Origin: Candidatus Magasanikiibacteriota bacterium
Lineage (GTDB): Bacteria; Patescibacteriota; Patescibacteriia; Magasanikbacterales; GWA2-37-8
Direction: 5' to 3'
DNA length: 64,000 nucleotides
Assembly (NCBI GenBank): GCA_016182085.1
Contig: JACOYB010000007.1
Location: 6,381 to 70,380 of the forward strand
The notes under the pieces were generated by a model. The model saw nothing but the letters and a program-made list of their open reading frames with translations. It was not told the origin of the DNA and did no database searches. A program made the position numbers and the translations under genes. This document shows, in pieces, positions 52,042 to 61,028 of this stretch; position 1 is the stretch's first letter, and each line of letters starts with the position of its first letter.

Positions 52042-52683
52042 TTAAAATTTCTTGTCTGTTATTTCATTTAGCAGTTTAACAACCTCTCCATCTTCAATCT
52101 GGGGAAAATTTTCGTAGTAATTTCCCACGGCTCCCGCGTAAATTACCGGCGCGTGCAGTAGGACCAGTTTATCCACAGAAGCTTCAATTTGTTTGGCCGT
52201 ATCGGCCGGTGCCACCGGAACGGCTACAATAATTTTTTTTGGATTTAAATGTTTTAATTCATCAATACCCAAACGAATGGTCAGGCCGGTGGCAATGCCG
52301 TCATCAACCAGAATAGCCGTTTTTCCGGTCACGTCGGGAATTTTTAAACCCGAATGATAAGTTTCCCGCCGTCGTTTGGCTTCCCCCCGCTGTTTTTGCT
52401 TGGCATTCACAAACCACTGATTTTCCACTCCCGCCCGCTCTACCTCATTACATAATTCGTGGCCATCTTCAGCCACGGCGCAAATTGCATATTCCGGCTG
52501 AGTAGGATGGCCAATTTTTCTGGTAACAATAATATCCAGCGGCAGTTTTAATGCTTTGGCGATTTCATAGCCCAACGCGACACCGCCTCGCGGTAAAGCA
52601 TAGACCACGGTTTCCTTATCTATTAGCGGAGCAAGCGCGCGGGCAAGTTTTTTCCCCGCGTCGTAACGATCTTTAAATTTCAT
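52042..52683 (-). CDS. Phosphoribosyltransferase (Rv0571c N-domain-like)
   Basis: FKDRYDAG, LPRGG, RKIGHP, VDDGIATG. Confidence 0.88.
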   Translation of the reverse strand: MKFKDRYDAGKKLARALAPLIDKETVVYALPRGGVALGYEIAKALKLPLDIIVTRKIGHPTQPEYAICAVAEDGHELCNEVERAGVENQWFVNAKQKQRGEAKRRRETYHSGLKIPDVTGKTAILVDDGIATGLTIRLGIDELKHLNPKKIIVAVPVAPADTAKQIEASVDKLVLLHAPVIYAGAVGNYYENFPQIEDGEVVKLLNEITDKKF

Positions 52684-52820
52684 AAAGCTAAAAAAACATA
52701 GCAATATCAGTATAGCATTTATCAATTTTTTTGTTAACAATTTACCCACTCCATGTTTCCAAAAATTGCTTATTTGTGTTATAATAAACGTCAACTAGTT
52801 TGATTTATTTTAATGAAATT

Positions 52821-53207
52821 ATGAAGGAAAAATATTTGGAGTGGGTTTTGCGCGTAGCCGTGGCCGGAGAGTTCCTTGGGCACGGAGTCTTCGCTCTACA
52901 AGGCAAGCCGCAGTGGGTTGGCTGGTTTGCAAAATTAGGAGTGACAGATGCGGCTTTAGCGACTAAATTACTGTTCGCTCTTGGTGTTTTGGATATTATC
53001 CTCGCCTTACTAGTACTCATTAAACCCATACGCCCGTTACTTTTATTGATGACCTTTTGGGGTTTCTTTACCGCCCTGCTCCGCCCCCTAGTTGGCGAAT
53101 CATTTTGGGATTTTATTGAACGCTGGGCAAACTGGGGCGCGCCGCTTACCCTATATTTTTTATTGGGAATGAAAAAAAATAGTATTAAGATTGACGGTAG
53201 AAATTAG
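52821..53207 (+). CDS. DoxX-like membrane protein
   Basis: LR...FLGHG, four TMs, ERWAN. Confidence 0.6.
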   Translation: MKEKYLEWVLRVAVAGEFLGHGVFALQGKPQWVGWFAKLGVTDAALATKLLFALGVLDIILALLVLIKPIRPLLLLMTFWGFFTALLRPLVGESFWDFIERWANWGAPLTLYFLLGMKKNSIKIDGRN

Positions 53208-53218
53208 GTAGTTAGGTA

Positions 53219-53274
53219 ATTTGATATTTGGATTTAGGATTTGATTTGAAATTGGAAATTTGGATTTTGAAATT
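53219..53274. repeat. Degenerate heptamer tandem repeats
   Basis: ATTTGAT ATTTGG ATTTAGG ... ATTTGAA ATTGGAA ATTTGG ATTTTGAA. Confidence 0.6.
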
Positions 53275-53279
53275 ATAAT

Positions 53280-56200
53280 ATGTACATCTCCTGGTTTAAA
53301 GACCTCACCATCAAAGACATTCCCTCCGTGGGCGGAAAAAACGCTTCATTGGGAGAAATGTACGCGAAATTAAAATCTAAAGGAATTCCGGTGCCAAACG
53401 GTTTTGCGTTAACAGCCGACGTGTACTGGTCTTTTTTGCGTGAAAATAAATTGGATAAAAAAATCAAGGAAACATTAAAGGGTTTAGATAAGAAAGACAT
53501 CAACGAATTAAAAAGAGTGGGCGATAAGGTGCGTAAAATGATTTTGGCCGCCACATTTCCCAAAGACATAGAAAAAGATATCAGAAATGCTTACAAGCAA
53601 CTTTGTAAAACAAGTAAAAAAGGCCGCGTTTCAAAGGACGGTACGCGGCATGATTCCGTTGAATCAAATAATGTAGACGTGGCCGTACGTTCTAGCGCCA
53701 CGGCCGAGGATTTGCCCGATGCCAGTTTTGCGGGCCAGCAGGAAACTTATTTAAATGTTCGCGGCGAAGAAGAATTAATGATAGCCAGCAAAAAATGTAT
53801 TGCGTCATTATTTACCGACCGAGCTATTTCCTACCGCGAAGACAAGGGCTATGAACACACGGCCATTGCCTTATCCGTGGGCGTGCAAGAAATGGTGCGT
53901 TCCGACGTTGGCGCCAGCGGGGTAATGTTTACCTTAGACACCGAATCCGGTTTTAGGGGCGTGGTTTTAATCAATGCGGCTTATGGGCTGGGAGAATACG
54001 TTGTAAAAGGCCAAGTTATTCCGGATCAATTTTATATTTTTAAAGACGGTTTAAAAAACGGTTTTAAATCTATTATCAGCAAGCGTTTAGGAAGCAAAGA
54101 AGTAAAATTGGTGTATAACAAAGTAGGCACAAAGCAAGAAAAAGTAAAAATGCCGGATCAAAAAAAGTATTGCTTAACCGACGACGAAGTTTTGCAATTG
54201 GCCAAGTGGGGCGTAATTATAGAAGAACATTATGGCCACCCCATGGATATGGAATGGGCTAAAGACGGTCTTACCGGTCAGTTGTTTATCGTGCAGGCTC
54301 GTTCCGAAACCGTTCGTTCAAAAATAGTAAATGTTATTGAGCAATACCAGCTTAAGCAAAAAGAAAAAGGCAAAGTTTTACTTACAGGAACCAGTGTTGG
54401 GCAAAAAATCGGCCAGGGGCGCGCCAGAGTTATCAATTCTCCTAAGCAAATGAAGCAGTTTAAGCCGGGTGAAGTGCTGGTTACCAGAATCACCGATCCG
54501 GATTGGGAACCCATTATGCGTATGGCCAGCGCGATTGTAACAGAGCAGGGCGGCAAAACTTCGCATGCGGCCATTGTCAGCCGTGAACTGGGAACGCCGG
54601 CGATTGTTGGCGCGGCCAAAGCCAGGCAGATTATAAAAAATGGCCAGGAAATTACGGTGTCGTGCGCCGAAGGCGAAGCCGGTTATGTGTATAAAGGACT
54701 TTTGCCATTTGAAGTTACAAAAACAGAAATAAAATCCGTCCCAAACACTCGCACCAAAATCATGATGAACGTGGGCGACCCAAGTAGCGCTTTTTCACTT
54801 TCGGCTCTGCCAAATGACGGTGTGGGTCTGGCCAGAGAAGAATTTATCTTCACTAATTTTGTAAAAATTCATCCGCTCGCATTAGTTAATTATAAAGATC
54901 AGCCCAAAGAAGTAAAAATAAAAATAGATGAACTCACCGTTGGTTATAAAGATAAATCCAAATATTGCGTAGACAAACTTGCCGAAGGCATTGCTTTTAT
55001 CACCTCCGCGTTTTCTCCGAGCGATGTTATTGTTCGTTTGTCTGATTTCAAAACCAACGAGTATGCCACTCTTATCGGCGGAGGCCAATACGAACCAAAA
55101 GAAGAAAATCCCATGATCGGTTGGCGCGGCGCTTCTCGTTATTATGATGAAAAATTCAAACCTGGCTTTAAATTGGAATGTGAAGCCATAAAAAAAGTGC
55201 GTAATGAGTGGGGGATGAAGAACTTGATTGTGATGGTGCCATTTTGCCGTACGATAGAAGAAGGAAAAAAAGTTTTGGCAACCATGAAAGAGTTTGGCCT
55301 AGAGCGAGGCAAAGACGGCTTACAAGTATATGTAATGTGTGAAATTCCGGCCAATGTCATTTTAGCCAAAGAATTTTGCGAGATTTTTGATGGGTTTAGT
55401 ATTGGCTCCAATGATTTAACCCAATTAACGCTTGGTGTGGATCGCGATTCGGCTTTGGTAAGTCATGTGTACGACGAGAAAAACGAAGCGGTAAAAACAT
55501 TAATCAGGCAGGTAATAAAAGTAGCTCATGAAAATAAAAGAAAAGTTGGTATTTGCGGACAAGCGCCAAGCGACTATCCGGAATTTGCCGAATTTTTGGT
55601 GCAGGAGGGGATAGATAGTATTTCGCTTAATCCGGATACGGTTTTAAAGACTCGCGAGCGTATTGCGGCTATGGAGAAAAAAGTGGCTGCCAAACCGGCC
55701 AGCAGATTTAAGGTGGGCGTGGCTTCCAAAATGCTTCTGATCTTTGGCGTTTTGGGGCTGGCTACCAGTTTGGGAGGGTATACGTGCCAGAGCAACAGCG
55801 TTAACCGGATTTCCGCTCCGGAAATGCAAGTTGAAATTGCCAACCAAGTAGCTTTGGCAAAATCCAATTTGAAAAAAGAATTGATTAAAGAATTTGAAGA
55901 AAAACAGGCGCAACAGACATCAGAATATCAAGAAAATAGTTTTGTTAAATTTACTATTAAATACCCTTCAGCATGGTCGGTATTTCATATGGAAGATAGT
56001 ATATCTTTTTATGCGGGAAAAGAATCGTTGCCGCAGGGATATTTTAATATTTTTAAACAAAGTGCGTCGTTGTCAGAGCAACACGATCCTATTCCAGAAA
56101 AAAATAAAACAACCTCAACCTTTTTTGGTTACTCGGCTAAAGTATATGATTTTATAAATCCTGAAGCTGTTTTTAATGGCGCAGCTACAACAGGTACCCC

Positions 56201-56324
56201 TATCAGCGTTATAGAAATATATCCGCAAGGCTATAAAAAATCAAAAAGCATTATTAAAATTTCAGGAAATAAGGAACAGTTTAACAATATTTTAACGAGT
56301 ATAGTTGATTTTAAAATAAAATAA
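53280..56324 (+). CDS. ppsA: Phosphoenolpyruvate synthase with C-terminal TM plus extracytoplasmic extension
   Basis: VGGKNASLGEM, RSSATAEDL, TSHAAIVSRE, SIGSNDLTQL, ICGQ; about 210 extra residues. Confidence 0.93.
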   Translation: MYISWFKDLTIKDIPSVGGKNASLGEMYAKLKSKGIPVPNGFALTADVYWSFLRENKLDKKIKETLKGLDKKDINELKRVGDKVRKMILAATFPKDIEKDIRNAYKQLCKTSKKGRVSKDGTRHDSVESNNVDVAVRSSATAEDLPDASFAGQQETYLNVRGEEELMIASKKCIASLFTDRAISYREDKGYEHTAIALSVGVQEMVRSDVGASGVMFTLDTESGFRGVVLINAAYGLGEYVVKGQVIPDQFYIFKDGLKNGFKSIISKRLGSKEVKLVYNKVGTKQEKVKMPDQKKYCLTDDEVLQLAKWGVIIEEHYGHPMDMEWAKDGLTGQLFIVQARSETVRSKIVNVIEQYQLKQKEKGKVLLTGTSVGQKIGQGRARVINSPKQMKQFKPGEVLVTRITDPDWEPIMRMASAIVTEQGGKTSHAAIVSRELGTPAIVGAAKARQIIKNGQEITVSCAEGEAGYVYKGLLPFEVTKTEIKSVPNTRTKIMMNVGDPSSAFSLSALPNDGVGLAREEFIFTNFVKIHPLALVNYKDQPKEVKIKIDELTVGYKDKSKYCVDKLAEGIAFITSAFSPSDVIVRLSDFKTNEYATLIGGGQYEPKEENPMIGWRGASRYYDEKFKPGFKLECEAIKKVRNEWGMKNLIVMVPFCRTIEEGKKVLATMKEFGLERGKDGLQVYVMCEIPANVILAKEFCEIFDGFSIGSNDLTQLTLGVDRDSALVSHVYDEKNEAVKTLIRQVIKVAHENKRKVGICGQAPSDYPEFAEFLVQEGIDSISLNPDTVLKTRERIAAMEKKVAAKPASRFKVGVASKMLLIFGVLGLATSLGGYTCQSNSVNRISAPEMQVEIANQVALAKSNLKKELIKEFEEKQAQQTSEYQENSFVKFTIKYPSAWSVFHMEDSISFYAGKESLPQGYFNIFKQSASLSEQHDPIPEKNKTTSTFFGYSAKVYDFINPEAVFNGAATTGTPISVIEIYPQGYKKSKSIIKISGNKEQFNNILTSIVDFKIK

Positions 56325-56327
56325 TCA

Positions 56328-56366
56328 AAATAAAAATACCCCGGCTTAGTCGGGGTATTTTTATTT
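56328..56366. terminator. Bidirectional terminator
   Basis: AAATAAAAATACCCCGGC-TTA-GTCGGGGTATTTTTATTT. Confidence 0.8.
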
Positions 56367-56961
56367 AAGTTTTTTGTTTTCCGTACAAGATTTCGTCTAT
56401 AATTTCCTTTGCTTTTTTTATACGAGTGCGCGCTGTCGGATATGGAATATTAAGTTCTTTAGCAATGTCCACAGGTCGCTTTCCTTGAGTAACTAACTCC
56501 ATTACAGCGCGATATAAAGGGGGCAGTTTTGCTATATCTGATTTTAAATTTTTTATTTCTTCTTCTCTAATATCTAGAGCCTCTTGCTCTATTAGTTTTT
56601 GCTCTGCGATTGGTTCTTCGTCCTTTGTTTCTTGATATTCAGGCGCCGCATCAACAAATCCTTTACGGCGTTTCATAGTATCATGTCTCAGAATGCCTAT
56701 TATGAGGCGTTCTACTATTGTATATAGCCATGTTTTTAAATTTGATTGATATTTAAACTGCCCCTTTTCAATCTCTTGGTTGGCTTTAAGCATTGCATTT
56801 TGCGCCACTTCTTCAGCGTCTGCATTAGAAATTTTATTGTTTATATTTTTGGCAATACTTATAATATAATTTCGAGTTTTGTCTGAGTTTAACTCAGCTA
56901 AAGTCGCTTCTTTTTTATTATTTAACTGAGCCTCTGGCGGCGTAAATGTGATTTCTGGCAT
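56365..56961 (-). CDS. ECF-like sigma-70 factor
   Basis: DAEEVAQ, LKTWLY.I (region 2); LPP.YR, DIA.EL..P..TARTRI (region 4). Confidence 0.8.
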   Translation of the reverse strand: MPEITFTPPEAQLNNKKEATLAELNSDKTRNYIISIAKNINNKISNADAEEVAQNAMLKANQEIEKGQFKYQSNLKTWLYTIVERLIIGILRHDTMKRRKGFVDAAPEYQETKDEEPIAEQKLIEQEALDIREEEIKNLKSDIAKLPPLYRAVMELVTQGKRPVDIAKELNIPYPTARTRIKKAKEIIDEILYGKQKT

Positions 56962-57012
56962 ATATTAATTATATCTTAACAGTATAAGCATATAATAAAA
57001 AATATATTATGT

Positions 57013-57104
57013 AAACAAAAAACCCGTTCGCTATTCCTCCTGATTTATTTCCAGTTTTTGGGAACAAATCAGGTGTTGCGAACGGGTTTTTTCGCTTGGC
57101 ACCT
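57013..57104 (-). repeat. Conserved 3'-UTR long hairpin, copy 1
   Basis: Shares 21 nt GTTCGCAACACCTGATTTGTT and overall fold with 59317-59413. Confidence 0.8.
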
Positions 57105-57108
57105 TAGC

Positions 57109-57615
57109 TTACGAAATCACTTCGCAGATACTCGCCGGTAGAAGCATCGTACCAACAACTTCGGTAGAACTGCCCATGTAGTGCGAGCAAGCGTGAGGGC
57201 TGTGAAGCGCCAAGGCCATCAGAGCATAGGTCCTACTGAGACAGAAACAGCTCAGAAAAGGATCAAACGCGCTTGCCACCACCTCAATTTCCACTCCGAT
57301 CCACGCTTCACGGATTCCAGGCGGATCTTCTCCTGGCAGGGCGGTTACGACCTTGACTTTCTTCACTTCCGAGCAGTTGTTTTTGGACAGATAGATGGGA
57401 GAAGCACCCCACCCGAAAGTGTCCTTCCAGTGGTTGAAGACTCCGGCGGGCCTCTGTTTACCAATAGCATCCAAGAAGTCACGGCGTGCTACGATAAAGC
57501 AGTTGTCATCCTCTTGGGCCCAGAGGATCATGCCCACCAAAGAATTACACATGTCCTTGGTACAATCCCGATCTTGGGGATGGGGAGCCACGGTAATGCA
57601 AATTGCTTTGTGCAT
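57109..57615 (-). CDS. Hypothetical ORFan
   Basis: Promoter TTGTCA-17-TATACT, SD AAGGAG, ATG at 57615 (MHKAIC...). Confidence 0.65.
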   Translation of the reverse strand: MHKAICITVAPHPQDRDCTKDMCNSLVGMILWAQEDDNCFIVARRDFLDAIGKQRPAGVFNHWKDTFGWGASPIYLSKNNCSEVKKVKVVTALPGEDPPGIREAWIGVEIEVVASAFDPFLSCFCLSRTYALMALALHSPHACSHYMGSSTEVVGTMLLPASICEVIS

Positions 57616-57713
57616 GACAACTCTCCTTACAGCTGAAGTTGTAGTTAGTATAGATAGCCTATGCATTTTTGACAAGGTGTAGTTATGGCTAATTATTCAA
57701 GCTAAGCTTAAAG

Positions 57714-57742
57714 TTGACATATTGTTATTTTTTTTGTATACT
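57714..57742 (+). promoter_or_regulatory. Sigma70 promoter for tRNA-Asp
   Basis: TTGACA-17bp-TATACT. Confidence 0.8.
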
Positions 57743-57755
57743 TTTTCTACAATTT

Positions 57756-57829
57756 GGGTCGGTAGTTCAACTGGTTAGAGCACTGCCCTGTCACGGCAGA
57801 AGTTGCGGGTTCGAGTCCCGTCCGACCCG
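57756..57829 (+). tRNA. tRNA-Asp(GTC), CCA not encoded
   Basis: GGGTCGG/CCGACCC stem, CTGCC-CTGTCAC-GGCAG, GGTTCGAGTCC. Confidence 0.96.
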
Positions 57830-58015
57830 CGAAAAAAGAAGGCGAAAGCCTTCTTTTTGCGTGGGCGGAAGCGAGCAAATAGTTTTGCTCACGTCGGGGC
57901 GAGAACGCCGGAGCGATGTCGCACGACGCAGGTGGGCGAGTGCGACCGCGAGGAGGTGGCTAACCCGAACGAATGGAAGTGAGTGAGAGGTGAAGCCGAG
58001 TCCCGTCCGACCCGC
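57812..58015 (+). repeat. tRNA-linked element with a 19-bp direct repeat of the tRNA 3' end
   Basis: CGAGTCCCGTCCGACCCGC at 57812-57830 and 57997-58015. Confidence 0.85.
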
Positions 58016-58116
58016 TCACAAAAACGTGGCTTATCCTAGCTACTTTTTGTTGCCCCTGCCTGGTGTGGTGTAGAACTTTATGATAAAGTATTGGGGGGAT
58101 TTATAAACTTGATTAT

Positions 58117-58374
58117 ATGAAGAACATTCGTCGTGGTTTGGACATACTTACCGAAGAAGCTCGATCGCGTTGCATTAAAGAAATTATCGGATATTTTCAA
58201 GATGAGCGGAACGAAACTATAGGGATAATTGCCGCTGAGGATGTGTTGGATTTTTTCTTACAAAATATAGCACCCGATGTTTATAATAAAGCTGTTGAAG
58301 ACACAAAGACCCTTCTCAAGAAACAATTGGAAGGATTAGATTTTGAACTTGATTTGTTAAAGAAACAAAAATAA
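58117..58374 (+). CDS. DUF2164 family protein
   Basis: I..YF..ER.E.IG..AAE..LDFF...I....YN.A. Confidence 0.8.
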   Translation: MKNIRRGLDILTEEARSRCIKEIIGYFQDERNETIGIIAAEDVLDFFLQNIAPDVYNKAVEDTKTLLKKQLEGLDFELDLLKKQK

Positions 58375-58491
58375 CTGACCGCCAATAAAAACAGCTACAC
58401 CTTAAGTAGTTGTTTTTAAATATATTTATATATTGACTTTTTACTATTTTGATAGTAGAGTTTCGGCTAGTTTCCCAGAGAGGGGGTTTCA

Positions 58492-58827
58492 ATGTCGGAA
58501 ATTGAAGGGCTCATTGAGTCTTTTATGAAAGATGTGCGGACTAGCGCTTTGTCAGTGATGGCGGTAAGCATCAACTCAAAAGATGTGGAGAAGTTGTGCG
58601 AAAAGCCACGCCTGGCTTTCCCCAGTATTCTTCAGCGCTTTGAAAGGCTGAAGCCCGCAGCTAACGGAATAGGGCTTCGTATTGAAGAAGGTCATGTAGT
58701 GTTGCTGCGTCGGTTGGGAGCATGCCTCGGCGCTGCTGTGCCAGGTTATGGACTCAAGGAGCGAGGAAAGTGGCTCGGTTGGGCTCGCCAAATCCTTCAG
58801 CATATAACCCCTCGCCCCAAGAAGTAA
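58492..58827 (+). CDS. Hypothetical ORFan
   Basis: TTGACT promoter, GAGGGGG SD, long downstream hairpin at 58858-58922. Confidence 0.55.
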   Translation: MSEIEGLIESFMKDVRTSALSVMAVSINSKDVEKLCEKPRLAFPSILQRFERLKPAANGIGLRIEEGHVVLLRRLGACLGAAVPGYGLKERGKWLGWARQILQHITPRPKK

Positions 58828-58989
58828 GTGCTCGGATCTCGTGTGAGGGCGAGCAAAGAAAGTCACCACCACACCAATTATATTTGCACTCAGTGAAAGT
58901 ATGATTGGTTGGTGGCTTTTTTGTTTTCTTTAACCTTTGACAAAATTGTTAAAAAATGGTACCTATGTAATTAGTAAAGGAGGTTTGCA

Positions 58990-59307
58990 ATGAAAATTTT
59001 CGTTCGGCGTTGTCCGACTTTTGGCAACATTGCCTCTGGAATTCTGGATGTGCTGCGCGGTATGTGCCTCGAAGCTGATGAGCGTTCGATCATTCCCGCT
59101 CCGGAAGACAGCATCTGCAATGTGGATGCTGCTGGCGATGGCGGGTACATGGTGTCTGGCGAGGAGATGTTCAACGTGTTGTATGGCGACCGTGAGGCGG
59201 ACGATTTGATGTGGGAGCTTGCCAGGAGATTCGGTCAGTGGCGCAAGCGTATGTTTGTCTTCCATTTCGATGACGTTGCAACGCTGCCACTGCTGCCTCC
59301 CGAGTAG
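58990..59307 (+). CDS. Hypothetical ORFan
   Basis: TTGACA promoter, AAGGAGG SD. Confidence 0.65.
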   Translation: MKIFVRRCPTFGNIASGILDVLRGMCLEADERSIIPAPEDSICNVDAAGDGGYMVSGEEMFNVLYGDREADDLMWELARRFGQWRKRMFVFHFDDVATLPLLPPE

Positions 59308-59316
59308 ACATCAACC

Positions 59317-59413
59317 AGGTGCTACGGCAGAACAAAATCCTGTTCGCAACACCTGATTTGTTTCTGAAATATTCAGAACCAGGTCAGGGAGGATAGCGAG
59401 CAGGATTTTTGTT
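59317..59413 (+). repeat. Conserved 3'-UTR long hairpin, copy 2
   Basis: AGGTGC...CCTGTTCGC-AACA-CCTGATTTG...CAGGTCAGG-GAGGATA-GCGAGCAGG-ATTTTT. Confidence 0.8.
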
Positions 59414-59581
59414 TTAGAAATAAAAAATAAGACAGCCGCTGGGCCGTCTTATTTTTGGTTACATTATAAATTTTTTGTGAATAGACACACAACGCCGAAC
59501 AAATGTCCCTTCAATTTAGTCTACACGGTACAGGTGTATGAAATTACACCCGTATTTAGGTTAAAAATATCATTTAAAAAT

Positions 59582-59611
59582 GCGAAGACCCTCGAGTTTC
59601 GAGGGTCTTGC
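59582..59611 (-). terminator. Terminator-like hairpin
   Basis: AAGACCCTCGA-GTT-TCGAGGGTCTT downstream of the minus-strand ORF. Confidence 0.6.
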
Positions 59612-59651
59612 TGTTCATGTGGCCGCGTGGCGGCCGGTAGAGAAGTTGTGG

Positions 59652-60170
59652 CTAGATGCTCAGTCCGGTCGGACTTGTGTCGTTGGGACTGGAACGGTTG
59701 TGTCCGGCGGGTTTGTAGTGAGGTCGGAGGTCGCGTCCGTTGGGCTTGTTGACTTGCGGCGAGCACATGCACATGGGCAGCGGAGTGGCCTGCGGTTCTT
59801 GTTGCATGATGAGCTTGTCCGGGTCATCCAGGTTCACGTAGCCGCGCGCGACAGGTGTGCCGCGCCAGGAACAAGATCCACCCTGGCTACAAATGCGGGC
59901 CTTGTAGATGATCATGGCCTCGCAGATGATACCGGACTCGGTGCAAGAGCAGTTGTTGTTCCGTACCGTCTGCAGGCCCTCCTCCGAGATCAGGAAGCCA
60001 GTAGGAGCGTTGTCCTGTTTGGGTACCGTCGGCTGGTTGACGACGCTCGTCGCCAGGGGGCTGTTGCTGTTGAAGCAGTAGCGGTAGCCGAAGATCAGAC
60101 CCAGAACCAGGAGCATGCAGATCGCGAGACCGCGAGTACTCAGACCGGGACTTGCCAGTTTTTTCTCCAT
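59652..60170 (-). CDS. GC-rich membrane-anchored Cys-containing ORFan
   Basis: GAGGGGG SD, N-terminal TM helix. Confidence 0.6.
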   Translation of the reverse strand: MEKKLASPGLSTRGLAICMLLVLGLIFGYRYCFNSNSPLATSVVNQPTVPKQDNAPTGFLISEEGLQTVRNNNCSCTESGIICEAMIIYKARICSQGGSCSWRGTPVARGYVNLDDPDKLIMQQEPQATPLPMCMCSPQVNKPNGRDLRPHYKPAGHNRSSPNDTSPTGLSI

Positions 60171-60477
60171 GACTGTTTTTCCCCCTCATTACCCACTTGT
60201 GGCGGGGTAGTTGCCAGCGCATGGAAACCCTCACTCCAACGCGCGTATCAATAATAATCAATATTATTACTCATACGCGCGTTGGCTTCTCTAGTTTATA
60301 AAATGAACAGCGTAATTTAGTAGATTATCACGGTCTTTTTATGGACCATTTAATCATGTTATATAAAATGATTTAGTCAAATCATATATTTTTACACTAC
60401 CATAAAAATGTGTTTTTGTCAATCCGGGTCTTGTGCTTTTTATTTTTGATGGGTATATTGAATGAAGGAGGATCACC

Positions 60478-60807
60478 ATGACTTCAACACCCAGGAGAGA
60501 GTATCGTCCGTATGAGTTTCCCGAAGTGCTTCGCTTGCGCGAGCGCGCCAAAGGGTTAGAGTTTTCTGAACTCTTACAACAATATCTTTTTGAACGAGAT
60601 CGACTCACCAGCGAAGGTGGCGATCCGGACAATTCAAACTGTGTCTTTATCCGAGAAGATGAAGACAATCTCATGCTTAGCCGACAGTACCAGTGGTGCC
60701 AAGTACTGAAGGAAGAAATGAGCCGGCGAGGGATGCTCGCTGATATTGTTGAGAAGGGCGGGATAGTGAATGCAGAGTCCCTCTTGCGATACAAGTGTTG
60801 GTGGTAG
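60478..60807 (+). CDS. Hypothetical ORFan
   Basis: AAGGAGG SD; upstream -10 TATATT. Confidence 0.6.
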   Translation: MTSTPRREYRPYEFPEVLRLRERAKGLEFSELLQQYLFERDRLTSEGGDPDNSNCVFIREDEDNLMLSRQYQWCQVLKEEMSRRGMLADIVEKGGIVNAESLLRYKCWW

Positions 60808-60928
60808 GTGCACATGACGAAGCGCGCAAAATATTACCCTTGTAGCTTCGTCTCCGTTCCATAGCAACTTAATTATTTTAAGTTATTATGGAACGCGGAA
60901 ATGCTCAAAATACTCACGTTAACCTGAC

Positions 60929-61028
60929 AAAAAAAGACCCAGACAATGTGTGGCAAGAGGAGAGGAAACGAAGGAGGGTACGTTTCCTCCTTATACCACA
61001 CACTGTCGGGGCCTTAAGGAGTTTTGTA
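60929..61028 (-). ncRNA. Candidate small RNA (long hairpin, anti-SD loop)
   Basis: Promoter TTGACA-16-TAGTAT, G.U-containing stem, ends in 7 U. Confidence 0.55.

Noticed and set aside
57714-57986. 90-aa ORF
   Set aside because: Overlaps tRNA-Asp and its promoter
57013-59413. Long 3' hairpins as integron attC sites
   Set aside because: No RYYYAAC/GTTRRRY cores, genes have their own promoters and mixed orientation, and no intI in the window
57830-60900. Prophage or genomic island integrated at tRNA-Asp
   Set aside because: The att-like repeat encloses only ~185 bp; no integrase or phage genes, and no distal repeat found
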